A DNA stretch of 62,915 nt, counting the filler, from Catajapyx aquilonaris (Eukaryota): the NCBI GenBank assembly GCA_000934665.2. It is 3 parts of 3 records of this genome, joined end to end, with 100 filler letters (N's around TTAATTAATTAA, not from the genome) between each part and the next. Parts side by side here need not be neighbours in the genome. Positions count along the whole stretch, not along the records: positions 1 to 19,466 come from KZ539545.1; 2 more parts are not named here. One strand, written 5' to 3'. The position numbers and the translations under genes are program-made. Position 1 is the stretch's first letter. Each line of letters opens with the position of its first letter. This document shows, in pieces, positions 1-12,253 of the stretch. The notes under the pieces were generated by a model. It made no database searches and was not told the DNA's origin. It saw nothing but the letters and a program-made list of their open reading frames with translations.

Positions 1-380
1 TACAGTGGTGTGTTCAGTACCCTGCCGGTGTAGCAGGAGAGAGCCTTTTTCAGTGCAACCCGCAAGGCTAAAAACCCGTTCATCCAGGTTCAACCGAAAG
101 CATTTGCCTTGCATTTGCCAGTCCGCGGTCCGCGGGGGTCAATTCAAATACAGAAAGTAGGATGTGAAGTCACGCCGTACGGCCGTAATAAATAAATTGA
201 TTACTGCCGTATTTCTAATTGGTTTATAAAACCGACCGGGGTTGTCGCCACCTATGATTTTTCCCAACCCCCTCGCGCGCGCTTGACCCGTGACTCTGAA
301 ACACCCTGCAGAGAGTGGGGGAAAAAATAGAAACCACCCCACCCCCCCTCCCCGGCACTGCTTGAGTGCAAACAATGGAA

Positions 381-476
381 AATTTTCGTCCCACTGCTAG
401 TTAATGCTAACTTAGCAGTACCAGTGCCAAATATCTCACTGATAAGTTAGTAGTAACTAGCAGTGGGACAAAAATT
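381..476. mobile_element. Short palindromic MITE-like element
   Basis: About 39-bp imperfect inverted repeats (381-419 and 438-476); related sequence recurs at about 13195-13325. Confidence 0.5.
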
Positions 477-954
477 CGACCCAAGCTTACTATTACATTA
501 TTTTGTCCAACCTCTTCTCAGATTTAGTGCCGGGAAGGGGGGTGTCGTTTCTATTTTTTCCTCCGCCCCGTCGGTAATTTTGATCCATCTCTATCCCAAA
601 CAAAGTGACATCGATAGAGCTTAAAAATCCAGTGAAGTTCATATCTGTAACTATGTTCATTTTTAAATGAAAAGGATGGGACACTCGGGTCAAAAATGGG
701 GTCTGGGGGGGGGGGGGGGTCATTAGTCTTTTGTTTCTCCCCCTCCTCTTGTGATTTTTGTGTCATCTTTACGTTTGTAAATGTACATTGACAGAGCTTC
801 AAAAATCAGTAAATGTCATCTCTGTAACATTCCCAGTTTTCGAGTACCATGGAGGAGAAAATTCACCCGCTTTTTGCAGGGGGCCCCATTATTTTGTCCA
901 CTGCCTCTATATACGAAGGTGTACACGGAACCCTTAGTAGTGAATAAGCCCTCG

Positions 955-1740
955 ACTCGCAAGGGACATTTTCCAAGTGCCACTCACCGATTTTCTTGAA
1001 ATTCGGTGCATAGACCTCTGCCCCCTTCAAAAATGCGCCAGAGGGTCATTTGGAGCATGTAACTATAGTTGCGTTTTTCATCCCTTGGGATGGGCTACCA
1101 ATGCACCGAATTTCAAGAAAATTAGTTGGAATTTGACGAGATGTCCTCTGCCACCCAAAGAAGGGGTCAAAGGGTCATTTTGAGCATGTCTCTTTCCATG
1201 CGTTTTTCATCCACCAAATTTCAAGAGAATCGGTTGGAATTTGACGAGTTGACCTCTGTCACCCAAAAAAAAGGGATCAAGGGTCATTTGGAGCAGGTAA
1301 CTTTAGGCCTATTCACACGAGCGACCCTTGGCCAGGAATTCCTGGCCAATACGGAAACGTGGCCAGCAGCTGGCCAGGAATTGAAAGTAACAGTTCACAC
1401 GAGCGATGTTGGGGGACAAGTGAGCATCGGGAGGCGCTTGGGAGTGCTGCTACTGCGCATGCGTTACGCCTGGCAACCATCGCTGGCCATGGCTAGCCAT
1501 CTTCCGGAGCATGGCCAGCTCAGCCACCTTTTCTTGGCTCTGGTGGCGACCTTCCCTTCCTGGCCAAATCTGGCCACTAGCGTGTGAACGGGCTTGGCGA
1601 CCTTTGGCCAGGAAACTTCCTGGCCGAAGGTCGCTCGTGTGAATGTGCCTCATAGTTGCCTTTTTCATCCCTTGGGGTGGGCTACCAATGCAACAAATTT
1701 CAAGAAAATCGGTGAATGGCACTTGGAAAGTGTCCCTAGT
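955..1740. mobile_element. Non-autonomous TIR element (ACTCRCAAGG-terminal family, superfamily unassigned)
   Basis: About 50-bp TIRs (aagggacattttccaagtgccactcaccgattttcttgaaat / atttcaagaaaatcggtgaatggcacttggaaagtgtccct) and internal sub-repeats; same family as 60739-61029. Confidence 0.7.
1306..1649. mobile_element. PIF/Harbinger-type MITE nested in the 955-1740 element
   Basis: TIRs ggcctattcacacgagcgacc / ggtcgctcgtgtgaatgtgcc, flanked by tta/tca; interrupts the host gtaact..tagttg sub-repeat. Confidence 0.7.
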
Positions 1741-1772
1741 TGTCAGGCCGTCTCAGGCAGGAGCAGTCTGTA

Positions 1773-1932
1773 CAGTATTGGTCATATATCGAGGCAACTG
1801 CCAATGACATTTTCTGAAGCGGCAGAAGAAGGAATCAAAGATAAGCATGCTACAAGCTGGGCGAGCAAGATTCCTTCTTCTGCCGCTTCGGAAAATGTCG
1901 CTGGCGGTTGCCTCGATATATGACCAATACTG
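1773..1932. mobile_element. Tc1/mariner-type palindromic MITE
   Basis: TA|CAGTATTGGTCATATATCGAGGC ... GCCTCGATATATGACCAATACTG|TA with about 65-bp arms; partial relatives at about 3120-3256 and 18312-18430. Confidence 0.8.
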
Positions 1933-2140
1933 TACAAGAACAGCCGGTTTTTTTAAACCCCATTGCCGCCATTGGTGCAACCAGAGGTGCAAGCCAAATA
2001 CGTGGCAGTTGAGATACCATCCATGAGATGGCAGCTGAGCAGTTTACAAGTCACGGAAGTCACTGCTGCCCTCTGCACAGGAAGAATTACACTGGCAAAT
2101 CTCAAATCGTTATATGACGATAGTAGGCCTCAAAGGGTTA

Positions 2141-2238
2141 AGGAGCAGGATATGAGCGGTGATAATCACATAATTATGTGAAAGAGGTGATCTCACAAAT
2201 CCCGATAGTCACGATTATCACACTCATATCCTGGTCCT
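2141..2238. mobile_element. Small MITE (PIF-like)
   Basis: Inverted repeat aggagcaggatatgagcggtgataatc / gattatcacactcatatcctggtcct with TWA-like flanks. Confidence 0.55.
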
Positions 2239-3258
2239 TAGGCAACCATTGGCCAATGTTTCTGGTCATCTATCGCGTTAACAGTTGGTCCCTCGTCATT
2301 TCTTCCCCCTACACTTTTGACTTGTTTTAGGTCAAGGAATACTTGGACTTCGGGTTGACCTACTAGTAAGAAACACCCTCTATAGTGAAACTGGGTATAG
2401 GTCCCTGCATTTAAATGCATAGAGTGAAGAGTAATGTAGTTAACCCTTGGTCTCCCGCGGCCTGATTTGGTTACGTTATAATACAACCAAACAAAATATA
2501 TTTTCACCATAGCCTTAAGAAATGTCATACTTTCTATGTTCATGGATATTTACGCCACTCGCGTGATATTTTTAATGGCACGACATCATAGGCCAAATGT
2601 TTCATTCATTTAAAACAACTCGAAACAAACACTTACTGCACGAATTTAAATACATGCAGCTCCCTGCCACATATTTCCTGGTATGTGGCCATGTAGCTGT
2701 AAACCATTAAAAGATTCCCGAAATTCTGCGACTTACTTTTCACTGGGGAAAAAATCAGGATGATCTGTGAAAGGTAGGCAATCTCCTCCGGTGCCATTTT
2801 GGTTGTAAAAAGGATCCTGGCTCCTAATTGGCCGAGCGAACTGCTCGGAGCTCTGGGCATTGCCTGATCGCCACCTGAGCCGCCCTTTTTTTTTTGTATC
2901 TGGCAGACACATTCCTTCCTTTTAAACTGGACCTTTAAAATTTTTTTAACTGACACTCGATGTTTTCATCATTCAGCAGAGAGGCTGGGCAATCATATAG
3001 AATTATCTTAGATTTGTAAGGTGGGTGGAAGCCGACTTTAAAAAACCTGTAGATGTCACAATAGGATGATGTCACCATCTTGTGCATGGTATATGAGGTG
3101 GTTGATGCCCTCTCTCGAAACTGCTAGCGACATTTTCCGAAGCGTCACAAGAATGGATCTTGCTCGCACGGCTTGCATTATCCGTATCTTCGATTAGTTC
3201 TTCTGCCGCTTTGGAAAATGTCGCTAGCAATATGACTCGATTAATGTCCAACACTGGG

Positions 3259-3395
3259 CAGTGGTGGAAATTAATGGATATCCACAAGTATCGCCGCCTG
3301 GCAAAGGTTTTCTTTTGCTTCATGTGGCTTCATATAAAGGAAAAACTCTGCCACAGACGGCGATACTTATGGGTGTCCATTAATTTCCACCACTG
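3259..3395. mobile_element. Tc1/mariner-type MITE
   Basis: TIR cagtggtggaaattaatgga / tccattaatttccaccactg|ta; a related end lies at about 37515-37557. Confidence 0.7.
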
Positions 3396-3524
3396 TACCA
3401 AGGTTAATGATTAATTTTAATTCTAATTTATGATTCTAATTTATAGGTAAACACAGGGGCGTATATTATGTTTCATGATAGTATGGCATAACCTCGTCCT
3501 CCCTGTGAGGGGCATATACAGTAC

Positions 3525-3691
3525 AGGGTGTTCAAAGTATCAGGGTTGTTTTTAATTATCACTAATATTGCCCGAAATTGTTATTTTTTTGTATCGTGCA
3601 ACAAACACACGCAGCAACAAACTACAAAAAAATAACAGCTTCAAGGAACATTTTTAATAACTAAAGTGGCTTGCATACTTGGAACACCCTG
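3525..3691. mobile_element. Tc1/mariner-type MITE (TACAGGGTG family)
   Basis: ta|cagggtgttcaaagtat ... atacttggaacaccctg|ta; relatives at about 7177, 32678-32880 and 57366. Confidence 0.7.
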
Positions 3692-4879
3692 TATAATTGC
3701 CAGACACTACAGTGACATGTATTCTTTCACCCCAATAGGACTTCTATGAAGTCGATTTTCACACAAGCAGATGTGGAAGGATGTAAATTATGCAGCCAAA
3801 ACTCATTTGTATATTGGCATCAACTTGGACAACTAAAAGACTGTCCAAGTTGTTGGAGTGATTGTGTTACGGTTTGAATTTCTAACTGCATCAGTTCAAT
3901 GGACTGAATTACCAAAATGTTGCATTTCTGCCGTGTGTTTCCACTGACTTGATGAAAATGTAAGCTTATTAGAAACATAAGAAAGAGAGGCTCCTGAGAG
4001 TTCCAAATGATTCCACTATACATGGATGACCCTTTCTCATTCAAAATTAACAATGTAGGCAGGCAAGTTACTCAGCTCGTTTTGCTATGGTGCTCCTCAA
4101 TTTGCACCTACCCTTCACCTCTGCGCAATATGGCACTGCACAGTGGCAAGGTGGATTGCTCAGAGGGCGGCCGAGGTCGCAAATGGGGGAGCTACCTCAC
4201 CAATTGCAATGGTACTCCCTTGCACAGGGCATGCCCTTTCACTGGCCTTAGAGCTGGAGTCTGCTTTTTGCACTTGTTATGCATGTGCATGCAAACCCCC
4301 CCCCCCCCCCACATACACACCATATTTTTATAAATGTTGCATATTTGTGTGATCAAATTTTGCATAATTTGTTGGGTTATTGCATGCAGTGTGTTTTGTG
4401 TTAGTGGAAGACTGCTTTTAACATAATCTTTTGCCCATCACAAGTAAAACATGTAGAGGTAAGAAATGTTGAGTGACTAACCAGTAATGAGGTAGATGAC
4501 CAGGCAACCTCACCTGCCTCTAGACGCATGGCAATACATGTCATTTCCATTTAACAGAAAAGTTCTCAGTGTGATCTGCCCTTTCCTGTTTTGACACTAC
4601 TAATAAACTTAAGGAACAATCCACCACTTTTTAAATACAGAATTAACAGCATGTTGATAAACCCAGAGTCAAATTGTGCCTTATGTAATGAGACATCTCT
4701 AAGTGACTTGTTCGATTTATTAACCATATCCTCATTCTTCCAAGAAGCCTGACTAATAATTGCAAATTTCTCAAAGGATGCCTTCCAGGATAAATTTTTC
4801 AGTGGCTCTTAATGATTTTTAATGGAAGTTGTTCTTAATAATGTAAGATTAAAAAGTGAAACAGTTTTGGACTGTTCTA

Positions 4880-5520
4880 TTTTTTAAAAACTCGTACATG
4901 GCTTTGTCTGTCCGCCTGTCTGTGAACAGGTGTCAGAGCCTAAACAACTTCCGTTTTCTGGTGAATCACGTTTTTTTAGAAGTCCAAGTAGGATATAGGT
5001 ACATAAAATTGGGGAAGGTTTTTTTTAAAAAAAAATTTTTATGGCCACAGTGAGCACTGGGAACCTTTTCAGAATTTTAATTTATATTTTTCTGACAATG
5101 GTAGATGATGTCCAATTGTTTTGGGTCACATATTACTCACATGAAGTATTATTGAATGAAATAAATTTTGGTTGCATAATGTTGCCACACTTCAAACAGG
5201 ATATTGCAATGTAGAATCATGCCTACATGCATTTTAAAATTGAATAAAATAATAATAGTATGGGGTTCAAAAAATTGCCCATCTACAATATTATTGTCAG
5301 AAAAATTGAAGTAAATAATCTGGAAGGTTCCTAGTGTCTGCTCTGGCCATTTCAAATGCGAAAAAATTGCAAATTCGTAACTTTCAGGCCCAGATTTTCA
5401 CTATTCACAGAAGATATTTAAAAACAGTTTCACTTTTTGATATAATGTAATTGGGAATGACTTCCAATTAAAATCATCCTGCCCCATGGCAAAATCGATC
5501 CTGGAGGGCAGCCTTTTGAA
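4880..5520. repeat. Interspersed repeat, unclassified; a second copy at about 15480-15890
   Basis: Shared blocks such as ggttcctagtg..ccatttcaaatg(c/t)gaaaaa.ttg..aatt..(c/t)aactttca in both places. Confidence 0.45.
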
Positions 5521-5716
5521 AATTGTGTGAGAATAAAATTACAGTTTTGTGACATTGACCTGAGGCATGTATTGATTACTAACTAGCAAGTTCCTAATGA
5601 TACTACTTGAGGAGAAATTTATATATGCAAAATGTATTAGATAGTATATTGTTGTAATAAGGAGGTAGAATCATTCTGAAAAATGGTACACAGGTCCTAT
5701 GGAAGCAATCAAATTA

Positions 5717-7157
5717 CAGTTGACTGTGGATATAAGAACTTTGGCTATATTCAACCCTCTGTTATAGCCGACTGGTCCCGGTGTTCTTCCATAAAGGTCA
5801 ATTCACATATACGTGAAAAGGCATCAAAAGCGAGCGAATTCGCTTCTGACCAAAGGCATTCACCTATCAGCGTTTTCCTGAGGAAGCGAGCGAATTTCGG
5901 TTATTCGCGTGAATAAACACAGAATCGCGCCCGTCTGTCAGAGCAAGATAGAAGCGAATTTTTATGAAGCGAATGTTGGAGCTGGTTCGAGCCACCCAGC
6001 GCCACTACGCAGACTTTTCGGCCTTCCTCGGCCATGTTGGGAATGCGGATGCCCGAGCTCGGAAGTCACCTATTTTTTGTCGCAGACTCCCGAGACGACC
6101 AGCCTCCGCACCATGTCCAGCTCCTGCCCCACTTGGTGCATTGTGACCTGGATACCCTTCAGAGGTCGGTTCAGCAGCATTTTCTTTGCCATGTCGGCTG
6201 CCTCCGCAGCACCGGGCTCGCCATCTTTCTCAGCTCAAGACCTCCCTCTGCCCACCTCAGTCCACCCCGACCCCAACCCTGCCCTACCTGCCCTGCTGCA
6301 CAGCACATGCTCCATAACCCTACCCAACCCTACCCTACCTAACGAGTAAGTTATATCGCGTTGCGGATACGTGAATGCCCTGAAAATCTTCCAAAAATTC
6401 GCTCATTTCGTGACATAAAAGACGCGAAATAGCAAAACGTAAAAATCGCTCGAATGTGTTTAGTCGCCTATAATTATGTGAATTGACCTTAAGACCTGTG
6501 CATTTTTACTCTGGATATGAAACTCATTTTTCACTGCATCTCAGTTATAGCCAACCATTTCTTGGCCCCTTGGTGGGAAAATATGCTGCTTTCAATTACC
6601 CGGCGTCACCTTCCCAGGCATAGGAAGGCACTGTATACTGGAGCAGGGGTGATTTTCCCATCTGTCTCTATCGAGGCTTCCTAGTCACAAGTTTTGCATC
6701 TGAAGGTTGAGGCACACATGTGCTTTGTTTAGTGTATTGGAGAGTCTCGATGAACTCCCTGCCTTGTGGTAGGTCACAGAGCTGACCTTGATTCCCAGCC
6801 ATGGATGGGCCACACTATACTTGAGTCAGGCAGTTGGCAAGATATTATTGAGCAAGTTGACGATGGTGTTTTACACTTGCTGAAAAGGTCAAACTCACTG
6901 TTCTTCTGGTATATTTGGCAACAAGGGGACAGCAGAAGAAAATGACACAATTTGCTAGTCCTTCATAATTAACGGCCTAGCTAATTTTGCATTTTTGTCG
7001 ATAGTTTTATGAATCAGTATACCCGCATTAAAGTCATATGGCAAGCAGAAAACTTTGTGTATTTGTTGCACAAGTGGTGATTTGGATATAGGGCACCTCA
7101 GTTATAAAATACTGATTTATGTAGTCCCTTGACGTCTCTCCTATCTGGAATCGACTG
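5717..7157. mobile_element. Decayed pogo/Tigger-like element
   Basis: ta|cagttgactgtggata ... tatctggaatcgactg|ta termini and subterminal gttatagcc repeats; the TIR match is imperfect. Confidence 0.4.
5795..6489. mobile_element. PIF/Harbinger-type non-autonomous element
   Basis: Perfect 15-bp TIR AGGTCAATTCACATA with TAA target-site duplication (5792-5794, 6490-6492). Confidence 0.8.
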
Positions 7158-8882
7158 TACTTACTTACTGATATGCAAGGTGTTCCAAGTATCAGGGTTG
7201 TTTTTAGTTACCTCTAATATTGCCTGAAATAGCTATTTTTGTGTGCCTTTTTGCACCCCTATCCAGGTGCCTAATTCATCCCAGGTGGTCGAATGTAGCT
7301 GTTGCTATACAGGGTACCTGGATAGGGGCGCAACATGCTTCGCAAAAATAACAACTTCAAGCTAGGGGATGCTCAGTAAATCTGGGTTAACTGACAATCT
7401 TGATTCATTGGCTGCACTGCACTGTGAAGTATTTTTTATTCTGGGAGGAAATGAGAGAACACCAAGAAAACCCTTCCAAACCAGGAGATAACACCCACAC
7501 ACATCTTCCCCCCATTCCGCCATCCCCCCATCCCCCCGTCTTGCATTTGATCCTCTGGCTAGACCGAGGACACATTCTCATGCAGAAAGAGTTTTGAAGT
7601 TTCTCTCTATGTTCACATGGATTTTCTTAGGAGTTCTCTTGTTTCCTCTCACATTTCAAAAATCTTTTTACCGTGTCACCCTCACCGATATCCTTGATTC
7701 CTTTGAATATCCCAACCAACCAACCAAACTGGCACATTGACATAGCTGAAGTGGTTGCTTATCGACCAGGATATGAACATAACAGTGATTACTGATTGGA
7801 TCTTGTGAGATTGCCTCATTTGCAGTAATCATTACCATCATCATGTTTTGCTCTGTAGTCAGCGACTGTGGGTGCAGGGAACCATCTGTCATGTGATCTT
7901 ACAAGAAAATGTTAGGTGTGTTGTCACATGTGCCTCCGCCATAGGAATATGTGCCTTGTTGTCTACCTGTTGGACCCTCGACATTTCTTCTCCCTGCATT
8001 TTTGCCTTGCCGACAATTATGCTGATGGCTGGATGACCCACTAATAAGTAACACTTTGGATGTAATTATAATACAGTATTATGATGATAATCCAGGGAGT
8101 GCTTTCACCTCAGCAGGGTATACTGCATAAACCTGTATTTATTACTGTTACATGTGTACTGTACAAGGTACTGAGAGAATGTCTTCAAGGATTGATTTTT
8201 TCATGTGACAGGATAATTTTTATTGGAAGTTGTTTGGAATAATAATTAATATATGAAAAAGAGTGGTTAAAACTTGCACTTGAATCTTGAGAATTTGCAA
8301 AGGACATGGGACAAATCTTACAGGAAAAGTACCCCCAGTTGGATTTGGCTGAAATTTGGTTAATAGACCTTGACCTCAGGGTCAATTGTTGTGAAGGCCG
8401 AAGAAAATCTACTGTGCCGTTTGGTCGCTAGAGGCGCTCAAAGTTTTCAGAGTTGTCCAATCTTGGTGAAAATGACGCATGCTGTAGAGTTCAATGAGCT
8501 GAGTCGAATGCACTATGGGATAATTTTCTCTGACAAACAATTTGGTAGTTATAGTAAGTTTCAACCATTTGCCAAACAGCAATAGAGTGACTTATTTCTG
8601 TCATACACTACATGGTGAAGTGGGAAGCAATAAACTGCCACAACGCGTTATGGGCTTTTCCTGAATCAGCAACTAAATTAGCATCCTGACATTTTTGTGT
8701 AGTCCAGAAAAGAGTTCTGGCTTTTTTTTTTTTAAGGAGCATTTTGCGAAATGCTAGTTTTTTTTTTTTTTTTTTTCGCTCAATGGCTGTTTTCGGGGTT
8801 TGAGCCTAACGCGTATAATAAAATTTCTGGGGGTCCTTTGTAGTTTTTCTAATAAAAACCGGAAGTTACTTTCACGATGACA

Positions 8883-9035
8883 GGGGCGACACGGTGGCAT
8901 AGAGGTTAACGCCGGCGCCTTCCACCTCCTGAGTTCGATCCCCTGGTCGGGTAGAGGACACTTATGTGGAAAGAGTTTCGATGGGTTCTTGCCATGTTTG
9001 CGTGGGTTTTCTAGGGGTTCTCCCCAAAAACCCAC
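8883..9035 (+). mobile_element. tRNA-derived SINE with V/Meta-like central domain (partial)
   Basis: A box tggcatagagg, B box gagttcgatccc, then tgtttgcgtgggttttctaggggttctcc; homologous to 19094-19466. Confidence 0.75.
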
Positions 9036-9598
9036 TATACGATTGCCAGGTAGCCTTAGTTGCTTTAGCACAACCAGCAAACAAGCAAACTTTCCAGATT
9101 ACCCTCATATTAGGAACAACTTCTCATGAAAATATTATTGTGAGCCACTGCAAAATTGATCCTGGAAGGCATCCTTTTATCATATAAAGGGACTTGAATG
9201 CCTAAGGTGATGGTAGAACCCATGTGTGCACTGAAGTCATTGTATGCTTTGAGCACCTTAATGAGTTTAAAATGAAAAGAGAGAGGGCTCTTGTGGTAGC
9301 TATGGATAGCAGGACAGTATCTTCTGTGTCTACCCAGAAATTACAAGTGTTGTTTTTCACTGACACTTAAGTGTGATAGAGTTAAGGATAGGTACACTTG
9401 TCAGTAATGTAAAAGACAACAGGTGTAACATGGGGTATCAATATGTTGTTGTGGTGGTTGTAGTCGTGGTTGTTGTGTAGTCGTGGTTGTTGTGTAGTCG
9501 TTGTCGTCGTTGTTGTTCTACTTGTGGTGGTGTTGCACATTTAGAGGGCATTTCAAAAAGTGACTATATCTTATCTCATGCTCCACTTAATTTCACAG

Positions 9599-9920
9599 GT
9601 GGCCTGCACGTTACCTTGACCCCATCACTCACCTGCCCTTTGCAAATGTCCAAGCATACAGGATCATACGTGAAGCGTACTACCAGCAGTTAGAGACTCG
9701 GTTTACGAACAACCTGTGTGTGGATCGCTCTGTTGCCAAATGGGTCGAATGGCGCCGCACTGGGAAGGAACCACGTCTAATCCCCACCTTTGCAAAGGCC
9801 AATGTGACTTTGCACCCATCTCTCCTCCCGCAAAACCAGCCAGGTTTTGTGGGATCCTCCACAACAAGTACCACATTGTTCCTAAAACCTCCACCTGTTC
9901 GTAGGCCGATACCTCACTAA
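9599..9920 (+). CDS. VPS72: Terminal coding exon of vacuolar protein sorting 72 / YL-1 (SWR1/Tip60 subunit, H2A.Z chaperone)
   Basis: After the acceptor tttcacag the frame reads WPARYLDPITHLPFANVQAYRIIREAYYQQLE..., the YL1 C-terminal domain signature (PARYxDPxTxxPY...IIREAY). Stop TAA at 9918-9920, AATAAA at 9960-9965. The ORF track shows only its 3' part (9720-9920). Confidence 0.9.
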
Positions 9921-10029
9921 CTCTGTTCCAGGTAGATTTTAGAGTGCAAAACTGGTTCTAATAAATAGGTTGCTGTTAACCTGCATATTACTGGTCTAAG
10001 ACCACAACTTTGACAAGGAAACCACTTAA

Positions 10030-10828
10030 CCCCTTCGGCCCCAGATCGGCCCGAACCACACAGTTTTCGGCTTACGCGTACTCCGAAGATACGGACAAGA
10101 TATTTTGCAAATAATAACAGCTATACTTACGAGATCTGGGAAAACCCTATGAATGTGTCTGGAACCATTTTACTCGTCTAGAAGTCCCAAAATTAATTCC
10201 CAAAAAAGGGCTATAATAACTCGAAATTGGACTACTGCCGCCCAACTTTTAGGCTGATTTGATTATGAAATGCGTGAAAATATGCGGAATAACAACCATG
10301 AGAACCATGCCAGACGAATTTGCTGAAATCGTCATACTTTGCGAGAAATAAATTAATACTTATTTGCGGCTTTCTAGCCCTTAGGAAAACTCCTAAATGA
10401 GTATGAGATGAATTTTCTGAAATTGTCGTACTTCATGAGAAACAAATAAATTTGGGAGTTTTCCGAAGTTTTCCGAAGTGCCAGAAAGCCGCAAATAAGT
10501 ATTAATTTATTTCTCGCAAAGGACGACGATTTCAGCAAATTCGTCTGGCATGGTTCTCAAAGTTGTTATTCCGCATATTTTCACGCATTTCATAATTAAA
10601 TCAGCCTAAAAGTTGGGCGGCAGTAGTCCAATTTCGAGTTATTATAGCCCTTTTTTGGGAATTAATTTTGGGACTTCTAGACGAGTAAAATGGTTCCAGA
10701 CACATTCATAGGGTTTTCCCAGATCTCGTAAGTGTAGCTGTTATTATTTGCAAAATATCTTGTCCGTATCTTCGGAGTACGCGTAAGCCAAAAACTGTGT
10801 GGTTCGGGCCAATCTGGGGCCGAAGGGG
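10030..10828. mobile_element. piggyBac-type fold-back MITE
   Basis: TTAA|CCCCTTCGG ... CCGAAGGGG|TTAA with about 345-bp near-identical inverted arms. Confidence 0.9.
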
Positions 10829-11289
10829 TTAAGGTGGTCTCCTCTGATTTGGCTGAAACTTGAGTGAGGGGTAAGTCATGTGCCATAAATACAGTGGTGA
10901 AAGTCCTAAATCACACAATTCAGCCCTTTCCGATAGTGAGCAACAGAACATCCTAATTTCGCTTCTGTGAACAGTTTAGGCATGAAAGATTATAATAAAT
11001 CTTACATATTGATAAGGCTGGAGAGGTTTCTATTATGCCATTTTTGAAAAAAGCCCTTTATTCAGAGTTGACAGAAGCAAGAGAAAACAGCTTTTCGATG
11101 GTTCCATAATGAATATCAGAGCAAAGTAACATTCGAAAACGAAAGGGGTGGGGGGGGNNNNNNNNNNNNNNNNNNNNNNNNNNNNNNNNNNNNNNNNNNN
11201 NNNNNNNNNNNNNNNNNNNNNNNNNNNNNNNNNNNNNNNNNNNNNNNNNNNNNNNNNNNNNNNNNNNNNNNNNNNNNNNNNNNNNNNNN

Positions 11290-11483
11290 TATATGGGGAT
11301 GGGATAGGGACGGAAGGAAGCGGCTGTGGCCTATAATTACGGACACGACCCCGGAATTTTCCTGGTGAGACCATGGGAAACCACAGAAAACCACGGTCAG
11401 GGTCGGCGGCCACCGGGATTCGAACCCAGGACCTCCCGATTAGCAGTCGGATACCATATCCCCTCCGCTACCACTGCTTCGGT
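11290..11483 (-). mobile_element. tRNA(Ser-GCT-like)-derived SINE; 3' part lost in a gap
   Basis: Near-identical to 40620-40812; head contains gactgctaatc and B box gggttcgaatccc. Confidence 0.85.
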
Positions 11484-11895
11484 GGTTAGGGATTTTTTAA
11501 AAGAGGAATAAAGTATGGGTTTGAACAGATTTGAACCAGTGCAGCTCCCTGCAAAAAATTATAGTATTCGGACACGCTGCCCAATAGCCCACCGCCTTTT
11601 TTTTTTTTTTGCACTTCTCCCTTTCTTGCCAGACCTCAAAATTAGGATGTTCTGTAGCTCAAATCTTGGAAACGGCTGGATTGTGTGATTTAGGACTTTT
11701 ACCACTGTATTTATGGCACATTACTGGACCCTCACACAAGGTTCAGCCAAATCGGATGGGGCCACCCTGTGTGGTGTCCTTGTGAGTGACTCGGTGGGCT
11801 CAGGAGTGATAACCTAAGGAGGTCATATCTCATATAGGATAGGTCTTGGGAATCTACGTAAAGCACATCCGATAGTTACTGATCATCTTCTATAG

Positions 11896-12077
11896 CAGTG
11901 GTTCTTAACCTGGGGTGTCTGGGGGGTGCGAGGTGGCTCCCCTGGGGGTGCAAGCAAGGTGCACCTCGGGACTAAGTCTAACTATGAACTTAATCAATCA
12001 TCCCTGGTATAGGGGGTACGACAAGGACCAACTCTCTTCCAAGGGGTGCGGAGGCACGAAAAGGTTAAGAACCGCTT
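11896..12077. mobile_element. hAT (Charlie-like) MITE
   Basis: TIR cagtggttcttaacct / aggttaagaaccgct with perfect 8-bp TSD TTCTATAG (11888-11895, 12078-12085). Confidence 0.85.
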
Positions 12078-12253
12078 TTCTATAGTAAAACTAGCTGCGG
12101 AACCCATTCTTCACATGACCTGTTTTCATGGAATGTATTGTAAGCAACAACAAATCATTGTTGATACCATGGCATCATTGATATTGTTGAACATCATTGT
12201 TTCCATGGTATTGTGTTGATGATCCAAGGGGAACAATGAAAGGGGACAAACAA

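Larger units (their letters stand above)
10007..11787. mobile_element. Long-TIR non-autonomous DNA element (CCTTGTGAGT end) hosting two younger insertions
   Basis: About 150-bp TIRs: 10007-10025 plus 10833-10959 versus 11638-11787. Confidence 0.7.

Noticed and set aside
5909..6349. 146-aa ORF in GC-rich DNA
   Set aside because: Lies inside a PIF-type non-autonomous element and shows no recognisable domain.
1..9598. Upstream VPS72 exons (candidates at about 2331, 2979 and 3739)
   Set aside because: Translations after these acceptor-like sites hit stops or lack YL1 motifs.
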